Part shown: positions 1 to 9,803 of the stretch, one piece after another
Layout: the number at the start of each line of letters is the position of its first letter
How positions within the stretch are numbered: the first letter of the stretch is position 1
Source of the DNA: Synechococcus sp.
GTDB taxonomy: Bacteria > Cyanobacteriota > Cyanobacteriia > PCC-6307 > Cyanobiaceae
Length of the DNA: 64,000 bases
Assembly: GCA_047285535.1 (NCBI GenBank)
Contig: JBJBDC010000001.1
Coordinates: 1,152,136-1,216,135, forward strand
Reading direction: 5' to 3'
Translations under genes and position numbers: made by a program
The notes under the pieces: generated by a model
The model's database searches: none
Told to the model about the DNA's origin: nothing
What the model saw: only the letters and a program-made list of their open reading frames with translations

Positions 1-923
1 GGATCAAACAATCGCTGTGAATAGAGAATGAAGGTCGTGAGTGTGCCAAGGCCCATGGCTCCGGCCGTGACCATCCACCCTCCGAGGGCAAGAACAAGCG
101 CGACAGCACCTAATGCGACCCATTCCAGAAATGCAGAGATGCTGCTGTCAAAAAAGATCGTGCCATTCACTGCACTGCGATAGGCCAGACCGGTCAACTG
201 AAAACGGTGACCATTCACTGCCTCACGCCGAAACATCTGAACAACTTCCAGCCCCTGAAGGTTTTCCTGAAAATCAGCATTGAGCTGCGAAAGCTCCTCT
301 CTCACTCGATAGTTTGCCTTGCGGTAGCGCCTCTGAAGCCAAATAATCACAAGGGTGACAGGAACCTGTGTGACCAGTAACAGCAAACCCAATCGCCATT
401 CGATTAACAGCATGGAGACTGCGATGACCAAAAGGCTGACGAGATCACCAAGTACTCCAACAGCACCACTCGCAAAGACTTCGGCTAATGCATCCACATC
501 GCTGGTGAGGCGGGTGAGGAGTTTGCCAACTGGCATGCGGTCATGAAACCGCAGAGACAAACGCATCGCATGGGCAAACAAGTCTTTGCGAATTCGTGCT
601 GTAAGCCTCTGACCTACGGCCTGAATATTGAACGTTTGGAACCCCTGCAGAGCCAAACGAAGCAGGACGGAACCAAGCAAAACGAGAATGATCAGCCTGA
701 TCGCCACAGCGCTGTCAAGATCTTGAAAGAGGGGAATCACCGATTCATTGGCGGCACCCCCTAAACGCCGAAGAACAGCGATCGCCTGACCAACCAAGAG
801 TGGCTGAATAGCGCCGGCAAGAGCCACAGGGATGAGCAGAATCAACGTAAGAGAAAGTCTTCGTCGATCTCGACCTAAATATCGCCCGAGCCGACTCACT
901 CGCTGAAAATCTGATCCAGCCAT
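1..923 (-). CDS. ABC transporter ATP-binding/permease protein (exporter type), N-terminal transmembrane part; 3' end runs off the window
   Basis: ATG at 923-921 overlaps the hisG stop (TGATG). Reads [27 protein letters not shown]... with hydrophobic helices and ABC-membrane motifs (GKLLTRLTSDVDAL, QENLQGLEVVQMF). Absent from the ORF track because truncated. Confidence 0.85.
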   Translation of the reverse strand, partial: MAGSDFQRVSRLGRYLGRDRRRLSLTLILLIPVALAGAIQPLLVGQAIAVLRRLGGAANESVIPLFQDLDSAVAIRLIILVLLGSVLLRLALQGFQTFNIQAVGQRLTARIRKDLFAHAMRLSLRFHDRMPVGKLLTRLTSDVDALAEVFASGAVGVLGDLVSLLVIAVSMLLIEWRLGLLLLVTQVPVTLVIIWLQRRYRKANYRVREELSQLNADFQENLQGLEVVQMFRREAVNGHRFQLTGLAYRSAVNGTIFFDSSISAFLEWVALGAVALVLALGGWMVTAGAMGLGTLTTFILYSQRLFD

Positions 924-1576
924 CAGCTGGTCACCTTGGGAGCTGGCGTTGTAGACCTCATGGATTCAACAATCAAACGCAGATCACCTTGATCAAGACG
1001 CAATGAAAGAGGATGTCCCACAAGGCGAGCCGTGGTGTGGAACAAATCTTCGATCGCGACAAGCCCGTTATCGCGGAGTGTCCTGCCTGTGGCTACGAGA
1101 TCAACAATCGCTTCCGCGATGCCAGTGATCGGTCCAAGCTCAACTGAACCGGTGAGATGCACAAGTTCGACAGGCAAATCGATGGCATCGAAGTGATCGC
1201 GTGCGCAACGGGTGAATTTGCTCGCAACGCGACAATGAGGTGGGAGGTCCGTCGCCCGCTGATAACCGCTGCTCGCTTTCACCGCAACGGCCATTCGACA
1301 ACCACCAAAACCTAGGTCAACCAACTGAGCGACAGGCATCTGGTGCTCTCGCAAGACGTCGTAGCCCACAACTCCCAGCTGTGCCTGCCCATACGCCACA
1401 TAAACCGGCACGTCTCCATTTCTCACAAGCAAAGCTCGAGCGCGTCCACACGCCGATGGAACCATCAGCTGCCTGTTATCAGGGTCGAGCACTGCAGAAA
1501 AATCGAGCCCTGCAGCAGCAAAACGGGCCACTGAATCCTTGAGAAGCGCTCCCTTGGCTAGGGCAACAGTGATCAT
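923..1576 (-). CDS. hisG: ATP phosphoribosyltransferase, short form
   Basis: [43 protein letters not shown] motifs; 217 aa. Confidence 0.97.
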   Translation of the reverse strand: MITVALAKGALLKDSVARFAAAGLDFSAVLDPDNRQLMVPSACGRARALLVRNGDVPVYVAYGQAQLGVVGYDVLREHQMPVAQLVDLGFGGCRMAVAVKASSGYQRATDLPPHCRVASKFTRCARDHFDAIDLPVELVHLTGSVELGPITGIAEAIVDLVATGRTLRDNGLVAIEDLFHTTARLVGHPLSLRLDQGDLRLIVESMRSTTPAPKVTS

Positions 1577-1602
1577 GGAATGAAGCGTTCTCTAGAACTT
1601 TA

Positions 1603-2370
1603 ATGAAGGCGATGGCCTCCTTGATTGATGGCATCCACCCAGTTGCAGTCTTAAACGACAACATCGTCTGGGTTTGGGTGAACGGTGATCAGGCCGTGGT
1701 TGTGGATCCTGCAGTAGCTGAACCCGTCATCGACTGGCTTAACAAACGGAGACTTCAGTTAGTCGCCGTGCTTCAGACCCATCATCATGCGGACCATATC
1801 GGCGGCACACCTGAACTACTTCAACAATGGAAGACAGCGGCAGTGGTGGCGGCCGCAGATGACATCAAGCGCATCCCTTTTCAGACGGTCTCGGTTCGAG
1901 ATGGTGACGAAATCGAGCTTCTCGAAAAGCCCGTCAGGGTGATGGATGTGCGCGCCCATACGCGTGCTCATATCGCCTTCTGGTTGCCAAAAGGCGTTGG
2001 ATCAAACAATCCAACAAGTGTGATCTTCTGCGGGGACACCATGTTTAGCGGTGGATGTGGACGACTCTTCGAAGGAACCCCAGCCGACATGCACCGCGCC
2101 TTGCAAAAACTTGGATCACTCCCGTCAGAGACCCTGGTCTACTGCGCTCATGAGTACACAGAGGGGAATCTACGCTGGGCCGCTCAACAGATTCCTAACG
2201 ATGCCCTCATCCAGACACGGCTGAATGAGGTTCGAGCAAAACGACAATCAGGTTGTCTAACCCTCCCAACGAGCATTGCCGAGGAGTGGCGTTCCAATTT
2301 GTTTTTAAGAGCAACTAGCTGTGAACAATTAGCACGTCTTCGTCAACATAAAGACAGCTGGAATGGTTAA
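1603..2370 (+). CDS. gloB: hydroxyacylglutathione hydrolase (glyoxalase II)
   Basis: [10 protein letters not shown] metallo-beta-lactamase motif, [19 protein letters not shown]; exact start uncertain. Confidence 0.93.
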   Translation: MKAMASLIDGIHPVAVLNDNIVWVWVNGDQAVVVDPAVAEPVIDWLNKRRLQLVAVLQTHHHADHIGGTPELLQQWKTAAVVAAADDIKRIPFQTVSVRDGDEIELLEKPVRVMDVRAHTRAHIAFWLPKGVGSNNPTSVIFCGDTMFSGGCGRLFEGTPADMHRALQKLGSLPSETLVYCAHEYTEGNLRWAAQQIPNDALIQTRLNEVRAKRQSGCLTLPTSIAEEWRSNLFLRATSCEQLARLRQHKDSWNG

Positions 2371-2374
2371 TCCG

Positions 2375-3505
2375 TCAACCCAAAACAGAAAGCGAAAGAC
2401 AATGGGGGTGAAGTAGCACAATGCTGCCTGATTGCAAAGAGAGCCTGCAGCGCAATCCCCTCGGATGGTCCTCATCAAGCGGCCTAATCAACCGCAACTG
2501 CTGATCTCCAAGGCGAAGGCGATAGAGCCAAGAGCGCCCCAGAAACTCTCGACCAATCACAAAGGCATCACCCGAACTATCGGGTGTCAAATTGATCAAA
2601 CAAGGATCCACTAAGACTGTGGCGTCATCAGGGAGCTCCATTGAGTGATGACCTTCGGGAATCTTCAGATCACCGAGTAAACAGGCCAACGACTCGGTGT
2701 TCCCCCCCCGCCAGACGGGCAGAACATTGCGTTGGAGAACGAAGTGACCAACAAAGGGGGTCGCAGGTGTCTCTACAAGCTCACAGGGAGCAGCGCATTG
2801 GTGAAGATGACCATCACGCAGAATCGCAACGCGCCCACAGATAGCAAGAGCCTCCTCAGGGTCATGCGTCACAAGCAAACCACTCGCTCCACAGGCACTG
2901 AGGACTTCAGGAAGCTCACTGCGAAGCCGTAAACGGACTTCAACATCAAGGTTGGAAAAAGGCTCATCCAACAAAAGGACGGAAGGAGCAGGCGCTAGTG
3001 CTCTAGCAAGTGCCAGACGCTGCCGTTGCCCTCCCGACAATTCATGCGGATAACGTCCCCTCAGGGATGACAGCCCTAACAAATCAAGCAACCAAGAGGC
3101 TCTGCTGGTGTCCTGACCACGACGCAGTCCGAAACAGGTGTTCTCCCAGGCGTTGAGATGAGGGAACAAGGCATAGTCTTGAAAGACCATGCCAACTCCT
3201 CGGCGCTCTGGTGCAAGGCTCTGACTAGATGTTGCGACTTCATTCCCATGAAGTCTCACCACGCCTCGGCTGGGAACTTCAAAGCCAGCAATGATTCGCA
3301 AAAGTGTGGTTTTTCCGCACCCGGATGGTCCAAGGAGACCTACCAACTCACCAGCCTGCAATTGAAGAGTGATGTCTTTCAAGGTCCATTCATTCTCAGC
3401 TTCGCCATAGCGATGCCAGATGCGCTCAAGTTCTACTGGCCAAGAGTCAATCAAAATGGACTGCGAAAAATCAGTTTCATTCTGAGTCTTAATCATGGCT
3501 ACCAC
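2375..3505 (-). CDS. futC: Fe(III) ABC transporter ATP-binding subunit (FutC/SfuC-like)
   Basis: Walker A GPSGCGKTT, VFQDYALFPHL, LSGGQRQR, LLLDEPFSNLD, C-terminal TOBE-like region; true start probably downstream of 3505. Confidence 0.8.
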   Translation of the reverse strand: MVAMIKTQNETDFSQSILIDSWPVELERIWHRYGEAENEWTLKDITLQLQAGELVGLLGPSGCGKTTLLRIIAGFEVPSRGVVRLHGNEVATSSQSLAPERRGVGMVFQDYALFPHLNAWENTCFGLRRGQDTSRASWLLDLLGLSSLRGRYPHELSGGQRQRLALARALAPAPSVLLLDEPFSNLDVEVRLRLRSELPEVLSACGASGLLVTHDPEEALAICGRVAILRDGHLHQCAAPCELVETPATPFVGHFVLQRNVLPVWRGGNTESLACLLGDLKIPEGHHSMELPDDATVLVDPCLINLTPDSSGDAFVIGREFLGRSWLYRLRLGDQQLRLIRPLDEDHPRGLRCRLSLQSGSIVLLHPHCLSLSVLG

Positions 3506-3893
3506 TCCAATTCAGGCTGTCGTGACCCAAGATGCACCAGCACCAGTGGGTCCCTATAACCAAGCTGTGATCGCAGATGGTTGGCTGTATTGCTCCGGAC
3601 AAATTCCTCTTGATCCAGCCACTGGTGAGATGGTTGGGGAAGGAAACGTGGAAGCTGAAACTCGACAAGTGCTTCAAAATATTAAGGCTGTGCTTTTGAA
3701 AGCAGGCGCAGATCCAAGCAAGGTCGTGCGCACAACCGTGTACCTGGTTGATCTGAATGACTTTCAAGCCATGAATGCAATTTATGATGAGGTTTTTGGG
3801 AATGGGATCAGCCCTGCCAGAGCCTGCGTTCAGGTTGCAGCTTTACCGAAAGGATCGCAAGTAGAAATTGATTGCATTGCCTGTCTCAACTGA
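3495..3893 (+). CDS. ridA: RidA/YjgF family reactive-intermediate deaminase
   Basis: APAPVGPYNQA, SGQIPLDP, PARACVQVAALP, VEIDCIA. Confidence 0.92.
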   Translation: MATTPIQAVVTQDAPAPVGPYNQAVIADGWLYCSGQIPLDPATGEMVGEGNVEAETRQVLQNIKAVLLKAGADPSKVVRTTVYLVDLNDFQAMNAIYDEVFGNGISPARACVQVAALPKGSQVEIDCIACLN

Positions 3894-3968
3894 CAATTGA
3901 AATCTGTCTACAAAGGGAGGCGGGGGGTGCGCACGGTTTCTTAGGTTGAGACAACGCTGAGAATCCTC

Positions 3969-4193
3969 ATGGCCCAAACCAAGCTGACCATTGGTGAACT
4001 TGAGGCGGGTTACCCCCTTTACTGCAAAGCCTTACGCAGGCTTCTCAAAGAAGGCAGAAGCCTGAAAGACATCGAAAGAACAGTGTGCTGGGGACACCTA
4101 GAAACGCTCAATCGTTGCTTACCTGGCCGTTACAAAGCACCGTCCTATCTCATGGCTTTAATTCGAAGGGATCTGGAGCAACCGAAGCAGTAA
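3969..4193 (+). CDS. conserved picocyanobacterial small protein (DUF3136-like)
   Basis: LTIGELEAGYPLYCKALRRL...CWGHLETL pattern recalled from the conserved protein next to cbbX. Confidence 0.75.
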   Translation: MAQTKLTIGELEAGYPLYCKALRRLLKEGRSLKDIERTVCWGHLETLNRCLPGRYKAPSYLMALIRRDLEQPKQ

Positions 4194-4198
4194 AAGGC

Positions 4199-5122
4199 TT
4201 ACAAAGCATCCATAAGTGTTGTCAGAGGTAGAGAAGGATCACGCCCCTCGATCTCACCCTGAAACACACGACTCGCCAACACATCCTCTGCTTCGATAGT
4301 GGTGAGATCACTTCGATTGAGAGGTTGATCCATGCGAGAAAACAACCGATTGGCCTGACGAAGCCTCAGACGATCAAGTGCATTGCGAATCGAACGGGCG
4401 TTGGCAAAGAAAGGCAACTGACGTCGCCTATTGATATAGCGTGCAAAGGCAGCATGAGCTGATTCACTAAAGTGGTATTCCTGCTGATTGAGTAAGAGTT
4501 GAGCAATCTTCATGAGCTCATCTTCGCTGTAATCAGGAAAATCGATATGGTGCGCCACTCGCGAGGAAAGGCCAGGATTGGCTTCGTAAAAACTAGCCAT
4601 TCGATCCTTATATCCAGCAAAGATCACCACAAAATTTGCACGTTGCTTCTCCATGTCCTGCAAAAGAATTTCAATTGCTTCAGCACCGTAATCGCGCTCA
4701 TTATCTGATTTATAGAGATAGTACGCTTCGTCAATAAAAAGTACGCCACCCTGGGCTCGCTTAATCATCTCCTTAGTTTTTGGGGCTGTATGTCCAACAT
4801 ATTGACCAACAAGATCGTCACGCGTTACGGAGATAACATGACCTTTGCGCAAATAGCCAAGGCGGTGAAGAATCTGTGAAATTCTTATGGCGACTGTAGT
4901 TTTTCCTGTCCCAGGCCTCCCTGTAAATGACATGTGCAAACCAGGCACGGTACTTTGCAAATCCATCTGCTCACGCGCCCGATCGACCAATAACAGAGCA
5001 ACAATTTCACGGATACGGGTCTTCACAGGCCTAAGACCTACCAACTCCTTGTCAAGCTGATGCAGCACCTCCTCCAAACCTGAATCGGCATAGGCAGCCG
5101 CCAGATCAACAGAAGAGAGCAT
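4199..5122 (-). CDS. cbbX: CbbX AAA+ ATPase (RuBisCO activase family)
   Basis: [56 protein letters not shown]. Confidence 0.95.
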   Translation of the reverse strand: MLSSVDLAAAYADSGLEEVLHQLDKELVGLRPVKTRIREIVALLLVDRAREQMDLQSTVPGLHMSFTGRPGTGKTTVAIRISQILHRLGYLRKGHVISVTRDDLVGQYVGHTAPKTKEMIKRAQGGVLFIDEAYYLYKSDNERDYGAEAIEILLQDMEKQRANFVVIFAGYKDRMASFYEANPGLSSRVAHHIDFPDYSEDELMKIAQLLLNQQEYHFSESAHAAFARYINRRRQLPFFANARSIRNALDRLRLRQANRLFSRMDQPLNRSDLTTIEAEDVLASRVFQGEIEGRDPSLPLTTLMDAL

Positions 5123-5357
5123 CGATCTCAGCCGCAGCGCGACGATCGTTCATACTCAGCTTGCCATCCACACTCTCGTCTTCAGGACGAAGCGTGATAT
5201 TTACATAGGTACGACCAAAACTGATGTCTGGAAATCGCTGTGTAGCCTCGCTGTAATCTCCAAGACGGTCAAGGAAATTACGCGTTGCACTGTAGCTGTC
5301 AAACTCAAAGCGACGCTCAAGACAGACTGGGCGCTTGCGCTCATGCCATTGGTCCAT
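5106..5357 (-). CDS. pterin-4a-carbinolamine dehydratase-like RuBisCO assembly factor (acRAF/Raf2)
   Basis: [16 protein letters not shown]...TRNFLDRL...[15 protein letters not shown]; overlaps the cbbX start; ATG 5357 preferred over the track start 5432. Confidence 0.85.
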   Translation of the reverse strand: MDQWHERKRPVCLERRFEFDSYSATRNFLDRLGDYSEATQRFPDISFGRTYVNITLRPEDESVDGKLSMNDRRAAAEIDALFC

Positions 5358-5750
5358 AAAACCATTCTTAGGGTTAGCTTCAAACCTAGTAGAAAAACAC
5401 CCTAAACCTATTAAGGGAACATCAATATGCAATCAAAGACAAAAAGAAGAGCATGAACAAACAATCAGCAGACAAAGCAGGGCAAACAACAGATCAAAAG
5501 CCACATCCGTTCAAACTACAAACAAAGAAATAAAAGGCCATAATCTGACCTAAAGTTAAAAACAGGATCTGAAGAGAAGCACGAACAACCGAGACATCAC
5601 AGAAAGGCCAGGAACCTCACCAAACACAAACAAACAAACAAATCACTTGACAAACAAAAGGCAAAACAGATACGCCGCAACGACAATTTTGATACGAAAT
5701 ACTTTAGCGAAGACAACAAGAATATCACAAGACAAATCTAGAGTAAAAAC

Positions 5751-6053
5751 ATGGAAAACTTTAAATTATTTCAACGGTCACTAGAAAGTAGTCATCGAAG
5801 AGATGACACCAATCAAATAATCAAAGAAGAATCGATTAAACTGGAAGGAGCCATATCAGAACTAAGCCATGCAAGCACAGTACTTGCGGGCCTAATGGAT
5901 ATTGTAGATGATGATAATTGTAAATCCTGGTTGGTATTTCTTGACGACGCAAGAGCGTCAACCATTGCAGCCTACAACACTATTAATACGGCCAACAATG
6001 AACTCATAAACAAGGACGGGTACCAAAAACATTCCAACTCCAACTGCTACTAA
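5751..6053 (+). CDS. hypothetical protein (helical, 100 aa)
   Basis: ATG-started ORF in an AT-rich island, co-oriented with the flavodoxin; no family recognised. Confidence 0.5.
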   Translation: MENFKLFQRSLESSHRRDDTNQIIKEESIKLEGAISELSHASTVLAGLMDIVDDDNCKSWLVFLDDARASTIAAYNTINTANNELINKDGYQKHSNSNCY

Positions 6054-6083
6054 AGCAATCAAAAAAGATACTCGATCAAAACA

Positions 6084-6272
6084 ATGAAAGCCACCCAGAA
6101 CGAATTACTAGAGTCATTCATCGAAACGATTGAATCCAGTCAAGTGAAGAGAGAACGTTGGCTCAAGAAAGTTGGTCAATTTGGACTAGACCAAACGCTT
6201 GGAGAATACAGCGATCTAATGCAAACAAGCGGACGCAGAGAGTCAAATGATCAGCAGTTCGGAAATCAATGA
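6084..6272 (+). CDS. hypothetical small protein (62 aa)
   Basis: ATG ORF 30 bp after the previous ORF and upstream of the flavodoxin; protein-like composition. Confidence 0.45.
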   Translation: MKATQNELLESFIETIESSQVKRERWLKKVGQFGLDQTLGEYSDLMQTSGRRESNDQQFGNQ

Positions 6273-6367
6273 AACATTCAAAGTACAAAAATAAACAGTA
6301 GCATTGGCACAGATGGACAAAGAGAAAGGACCTAATGAAAGAAAATATATATGTAATTGCTCAAAGT

Positions 6368-6877
6368 ATGGCTTACACAATTTTTTTCGCAACCTCAACA
6401 GGAAAGACTGAGGATGTTGCCGACAAACTCAAAGAACTGATGCCTGGCACTGAAACGAAAGATGTTGATAACATCAGTTCAGCCTCAGAATTGGCAGAAG
6501 CGGAAGCTTTAATTTGCTGTGTTCCAACATGGAATACGGGGGCAGACGAAGGTCGATCAGGAACGGCATGGGATACTTATGCCGAAGAAATACCAAGTAT
6601 GGATTTCAGTGGGAAAACGGTGGGAATCGTGGGACTAGGAGATTCATCATCTTATTCCGATTATTTCTGTGATGCAATGGAAGAATTATACACGGCATTC
6701 CTTCAGGCAGGTGCAAAGATCATTGGCAAAGTTCCTACAGATGGTTACACGTTTGAAGATTCAAAAAGTGTGATCGACGGAAAGTTTTGCGGGTTGGCAA
6801 TTGATGAAGACAATGAATCCGAGTTGACAGATGAAAGACTAAGTAATTGGGTTAAACAAATAGGGACAGAAGCATAA
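6368..6877 (+). CDS. isiB: long-chain flavodoxin
   Basis: FMN loop ATSTGKTEDVA, CVPTWNTG, GLGDSSSYSDYFCDAM, FCGLAIDEDNE; start moved to ATG 6368. Confidence 0.95.
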   Translation: MAYTIFFATSTGKTEDVADKLKELMPGTETKDVDNISSASELAEAEALICCVPTWNTGADEGRSGTAWDTYAEEIPSMDFSGKTVGIVGLGDSSSYSDYFCDAMEELYTAFLQAGAKIIGKVPTDGYTFEDSKSVIDGKFCGLAIDEDNESELTDERLSNWVKQIGTEA

Positions 6878-6940
6878 ATAAATAATTGTTATGCCGAAGC
6901 GCCCTTTCGTTTTGGGCACTTCGGCATAACAATTATTTAT
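6878..6940. terminator. long hairpin, probable bidirectional terminator between the convergent flavodoxin and thioredoxin reductase genes
   Basis: 22-bp perfect inverted repeat ATAAATAATTGTTATGCCGAAG (6878-6899 / 6919-6940), then 1 mismatch, 4 more bp and a 9-nt loop. Confidence 0.8.
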
Positions 6941-7892
6941 GGACCCAATCGACACGAACTTCATTCCTTGAATTTAAAAATTTATCAATTGACATGGCGG
7001 CAATGCAACCATCAGAGCAGGCAACAATAGCCTGCTTGAAGGGTGTATTACGGATATCTCCAATAGCCCAAACACCTGGAATGGTCGTCATCATATTCTC
7101 ATCTACATCAACACCACCATCCTCACGAAGTGGGATAAGACCATGAAGATAGTCGGTAATCGGCAATGTACCAGTAGAGTATAAAAAGACACCAGAAACG
7201 TTCAATGAAAATGTTTTTTTGTCTTTAATAGCTTGAAGCTTTGTCGAATGGATCCCATCTTCAGCCCCATCTATAGATAATAGCTTCGTACGTTGCCATT
7301 GTTTCACATTAGGTAGTTCCGTTAACAACTCGATTCGATGCGTAGAACGACTGGGCTTAGCACTAGTGATCCAATGCACAGTTTTTGCAAATTTAGCTAG
7401 AACAAGAGCTTCATCAACCGCTTCTTGATTGGAGCCATAAACGAGAACATCCTCATTTCGATAAAAAGCAGCATCACATGTAGCACAGTAACTAACTCCT
7501 CGACCTAGAAATTCCTTCTCTCCTGGTAGTGTCGATGTTCGCCCCATAGCACCAGTAGCTAAAACAATCGTACGGGAACGAAATACTCCTTCTGGTGTAT
7601 ATGCAAGTTTTAATTCACCAGATAAATCGAGACTAAACACTTGAGCACGCACATAGTTTGTACCATAAGAGATTGCCTGGTCTCTCATCATTTCAAGCAA
7701 AGTAAAACCCGATACCTCCTTAGAAACACCTGGATAGTTAGCAATTTTATGAGTAATTGCTAGAGCGCCTACGGAAGAATTCTTATCTAAAATATAGGTC
7801 TTTAGAGATGACCTAGATGTATAGAGTGCACACGAGCAACCCGCAGGACCTCCACCAATGATCAGAACATCCGCATCAATATAATCTGTCAT
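6933..7892 (-). CDS. thioredoxin reductase family flavoprotein, probably ferredoxin-dependent (FFTR/DTR type)
   Basis: GGGPAG FAD motif, GRGVSYCATCD redox motif, PGVWAIGD. NADPH motifs are degenerate (YGSNQEA; HWITSAKP) and the C-terminal tail carries Trp (VRVDWVHK). Confidence 0.85.
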   Translation of the reverse strand: MTDYIDADVLIIGGGPAGCSCALYTSRSSLKTYILDKNSSVGALAITHKIANYPGVSKEVSGFTLLEMMRDQAISYGTNYVRAQVFSLDLSGELKLAYTPEGVFRSRTIVLATGAMGRTSTLPGEKEFLGRGVSYCATCDAAFYRNEDVLVYGSNQEAVDEALVLAKFAKTVHWITSAKPSRSTHRIELLTELPNVKQWQRTKLLSIDGAEDGIHSTKLQAIKDKKTFSLNVSGVFLYSTGTLPITDYLHGLIPLREDGGVDVDENMMTTIPGVWAIGDIRNTPFKQAIVACSDGCIAAMSIDKFLNSRNEVRVDWVHK

Positions 7893-8650
7893 AAGGAGAT
7901 TTCACTAGTGATTGTAGAGACAAATTGATTAGGAAAAATTGGCGAGAATGATTCTGGAACCATCTCTAAAAAAGAGTTGATCATTGCTCCATATAATTTC
8001 GGCTGCGAAAAATGTGAAAAATGGCGTCCTCTAGGCAAAGAATAAAAGCGGTCACCATTTTTCAAGTGAGGTTTCCACCTGGTGGCTGAGTTTTGATCAA
8101 TGACAAAATCATGGGAGCCATTGATGATCGACAAGGGTATATCTATTGAAGAAAGATTTTCCAGTGAAGAATGAGATGCAATGGATCCAGAAATATACTC
8201 AGAATCAAGACACGTTGCAAACAATTTCGGGAGCACTTGATTTGCATCCCCAAATTCTCTATCAAATAAGAGTGGAATAATATGAGATAAGATTGCCGCT
8301 CGTGAGCAAGGCAATTTTCGCCTCATCTCTAAATAATGACTTGACCATTGATTTGTAGAGATGGGATCAACAGAAATCAAGGTCAATGATTTGAATAAAT
8401 GTGGAAATTGTCCTGAAAACAATGCAGCGACAGTACCGCTAATACCATGAGCAATGACATGAGGTGATTGATCTAATTTTTCAAGTGTCTCTTTTAAAAG
8501 GCAAAAAATTGTAGATAAAGAGCAAGTTTCATCAGGGTCATGCTGAAAAGACCAGCGTCGTACGTGCCTTGACTGACTTAAAATACAAGACAGTTTTTGA
8601 TTAAAACAAAAAAGAGATGGCTGCAAATCAAGCCAAAGGATCGATGACAT
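7889..8650 (-). CDS. isiC: alpha/beta-hydrolase-fold protein, IsiC-like
   Basis: ILWLDLQPS...RWSFQHDPDETCSL...HVIAHGISG...WSSHYLEMRRKLPCSR resembles the recalled cyanobacterial IsiC pattern; 4-bp overlap with the reductase; next to a flavodoxin. Confidence 0.65.
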   Translation of the reverse strand: MSSILWLDLQPSLFCFNQKLSCILSQSRHVRRWSFQHDPDETCSLSTIFCLLKETLEKLDQSPHVIAHGISGTVAALFSGQFPHLFKSLTLISVDPISTNQWSSHYLEMRRKLPCSRAAILSHIIPLLFDREFGDANQVLPKLFATCLDSEYISGSIASHSSLENLSSIDIPLSIINGSHDFVIDQNSATRWKPHLKNGDRFYSLPRGRHFSHFSQPKLYGAMINSFLEMVPESFSPIFPNQFVSTITSEISL

Positions 8651-8721
8651 GATAGAAATATGCTTCTATAATACTGCTACGGAAAAAGCAAACTCAAGAG
8701 CCAAGAAGCACAGGAGAGAGA

Positions 8722-8946
8722 TTAATATGTTACAGCGGGTCTGGACGTATGATCATAATTGATACTAGGAACAACTTGAATAATTCCTTCCTTAATTTTA
8801 AGTTCAAGAGAAGCGATCAGTCTATATTCGGCACTGTCGGCTTCGCCTTTTAAAAAGAGCAAGGCGTTCAACGAAGAGCTATGTATGACCATAGAGGTGA
8901 CTGCATCTAAATAGATCGAAACGATTGACGAGATCTCCATGACCAA
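8722..8946 (-). CDS. hypothetical small protein
   Basis: 74-aa ORF co-oriented upstream of the IsiC-like gene; loosely resembles small helical picocyanobacterial proteins (YLDAVTS..I...E...L...I.EG.IQ). Confidence 0.45.
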   Translation of the reverse strand: MVMEISSIVSIYLDAVTSMVIHSSSLNALLFLKGEADSAEYRLIASLELKIKEGIIQVVPSINYDHTSRPAVTY

Positions 8947-9782
8947 GAAGTTAGTGTGATTAAATTACAATTAAAGGCAAAATACTAAAATAGTCCGTGA
9001 GCAATTGCCAGAGAAAGTGAAGTTACTCTTGAATACTTTCAGGGTAGATTGTATGTCTCTCATGATCTTGAACAGGACGTGTAATCCGTACTACTCTCAG
9101 GCTTTTCATAGCGTGAAAAGAAAACATTTTTTTCAAAATTCTAATTTCTGAGACATCAAGCAGATCTTCATAAGTCATAATTTAGCAAAGGCTACTCGAA
9201 GGAAGCAGGATCATATGATTTGGCAGGATACTCCTGATACTTTGTGAAAGCAAAATTGATTGTTGCCAAGATAATTCTTGAGAAGAAAACTAATCTAGGA
9301 AAAGGTTGGATCATCCAAAGCATTAAATGTGATTTACCAACAGTACATTTTTGCAACAGCATCTCATGATGCATGATAAAGCAACAATCACTACTCGCCC
9401 TAGAATCATCACAAGGAACGATAAAAAGGTTTGATCATTGAGCAGAGGCTAAACTCTCTACATTTGGATTATTACTTTTCATTCATAAGCAATGATCGCA
9501 ATTCGTGCAATTACGGGATGAACGAAATAATTCGCCTAGAAGCAGTCTCAAAAAAATCCGCAAAAACAATCACTAGAAAAAGTATTAGAAAAACAATATG
9601 CAGAATGAGCCAATATGGGACGAGATGACTAGTAATAGCCACCCTGAAAAGATAGCTTCATATCACAACAACTAAGTGCCTCGTTCTTCCATTAAAATCC
9701 TCATAGTATTGAGTGCTAAATCTATTATTGAAGGCTTAATCTACTTAGCAATACCACTTGAATCAAAACAGCAGGAGAATAT

Positions 9783-9803
9783 CATTAGCAATAATTCCTA
9801 ATG
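9783..9803. promoter_or_regulatory. imperfect AT-rich palindrome, candidate Fur-type operator
   Basis: CATTAGCAATAATTCCTAATG matches its reverse complement at 18/21 positions, has an AAT-N-ATT core and lies inside an iron-stress gene cluster. Confidence 0.35.

Noticed and set aside
2375..3505. futC as part of the iron island
   Set aside because: It sits among core genes (gloB, ridA, cbbX) outside the AT-rich block.
9192..9628. Two 60-65 aa ORFs in the island gap
   Set aside because: Short, no motifs, one starts with TTG; indistinguishable from chance ORFs.
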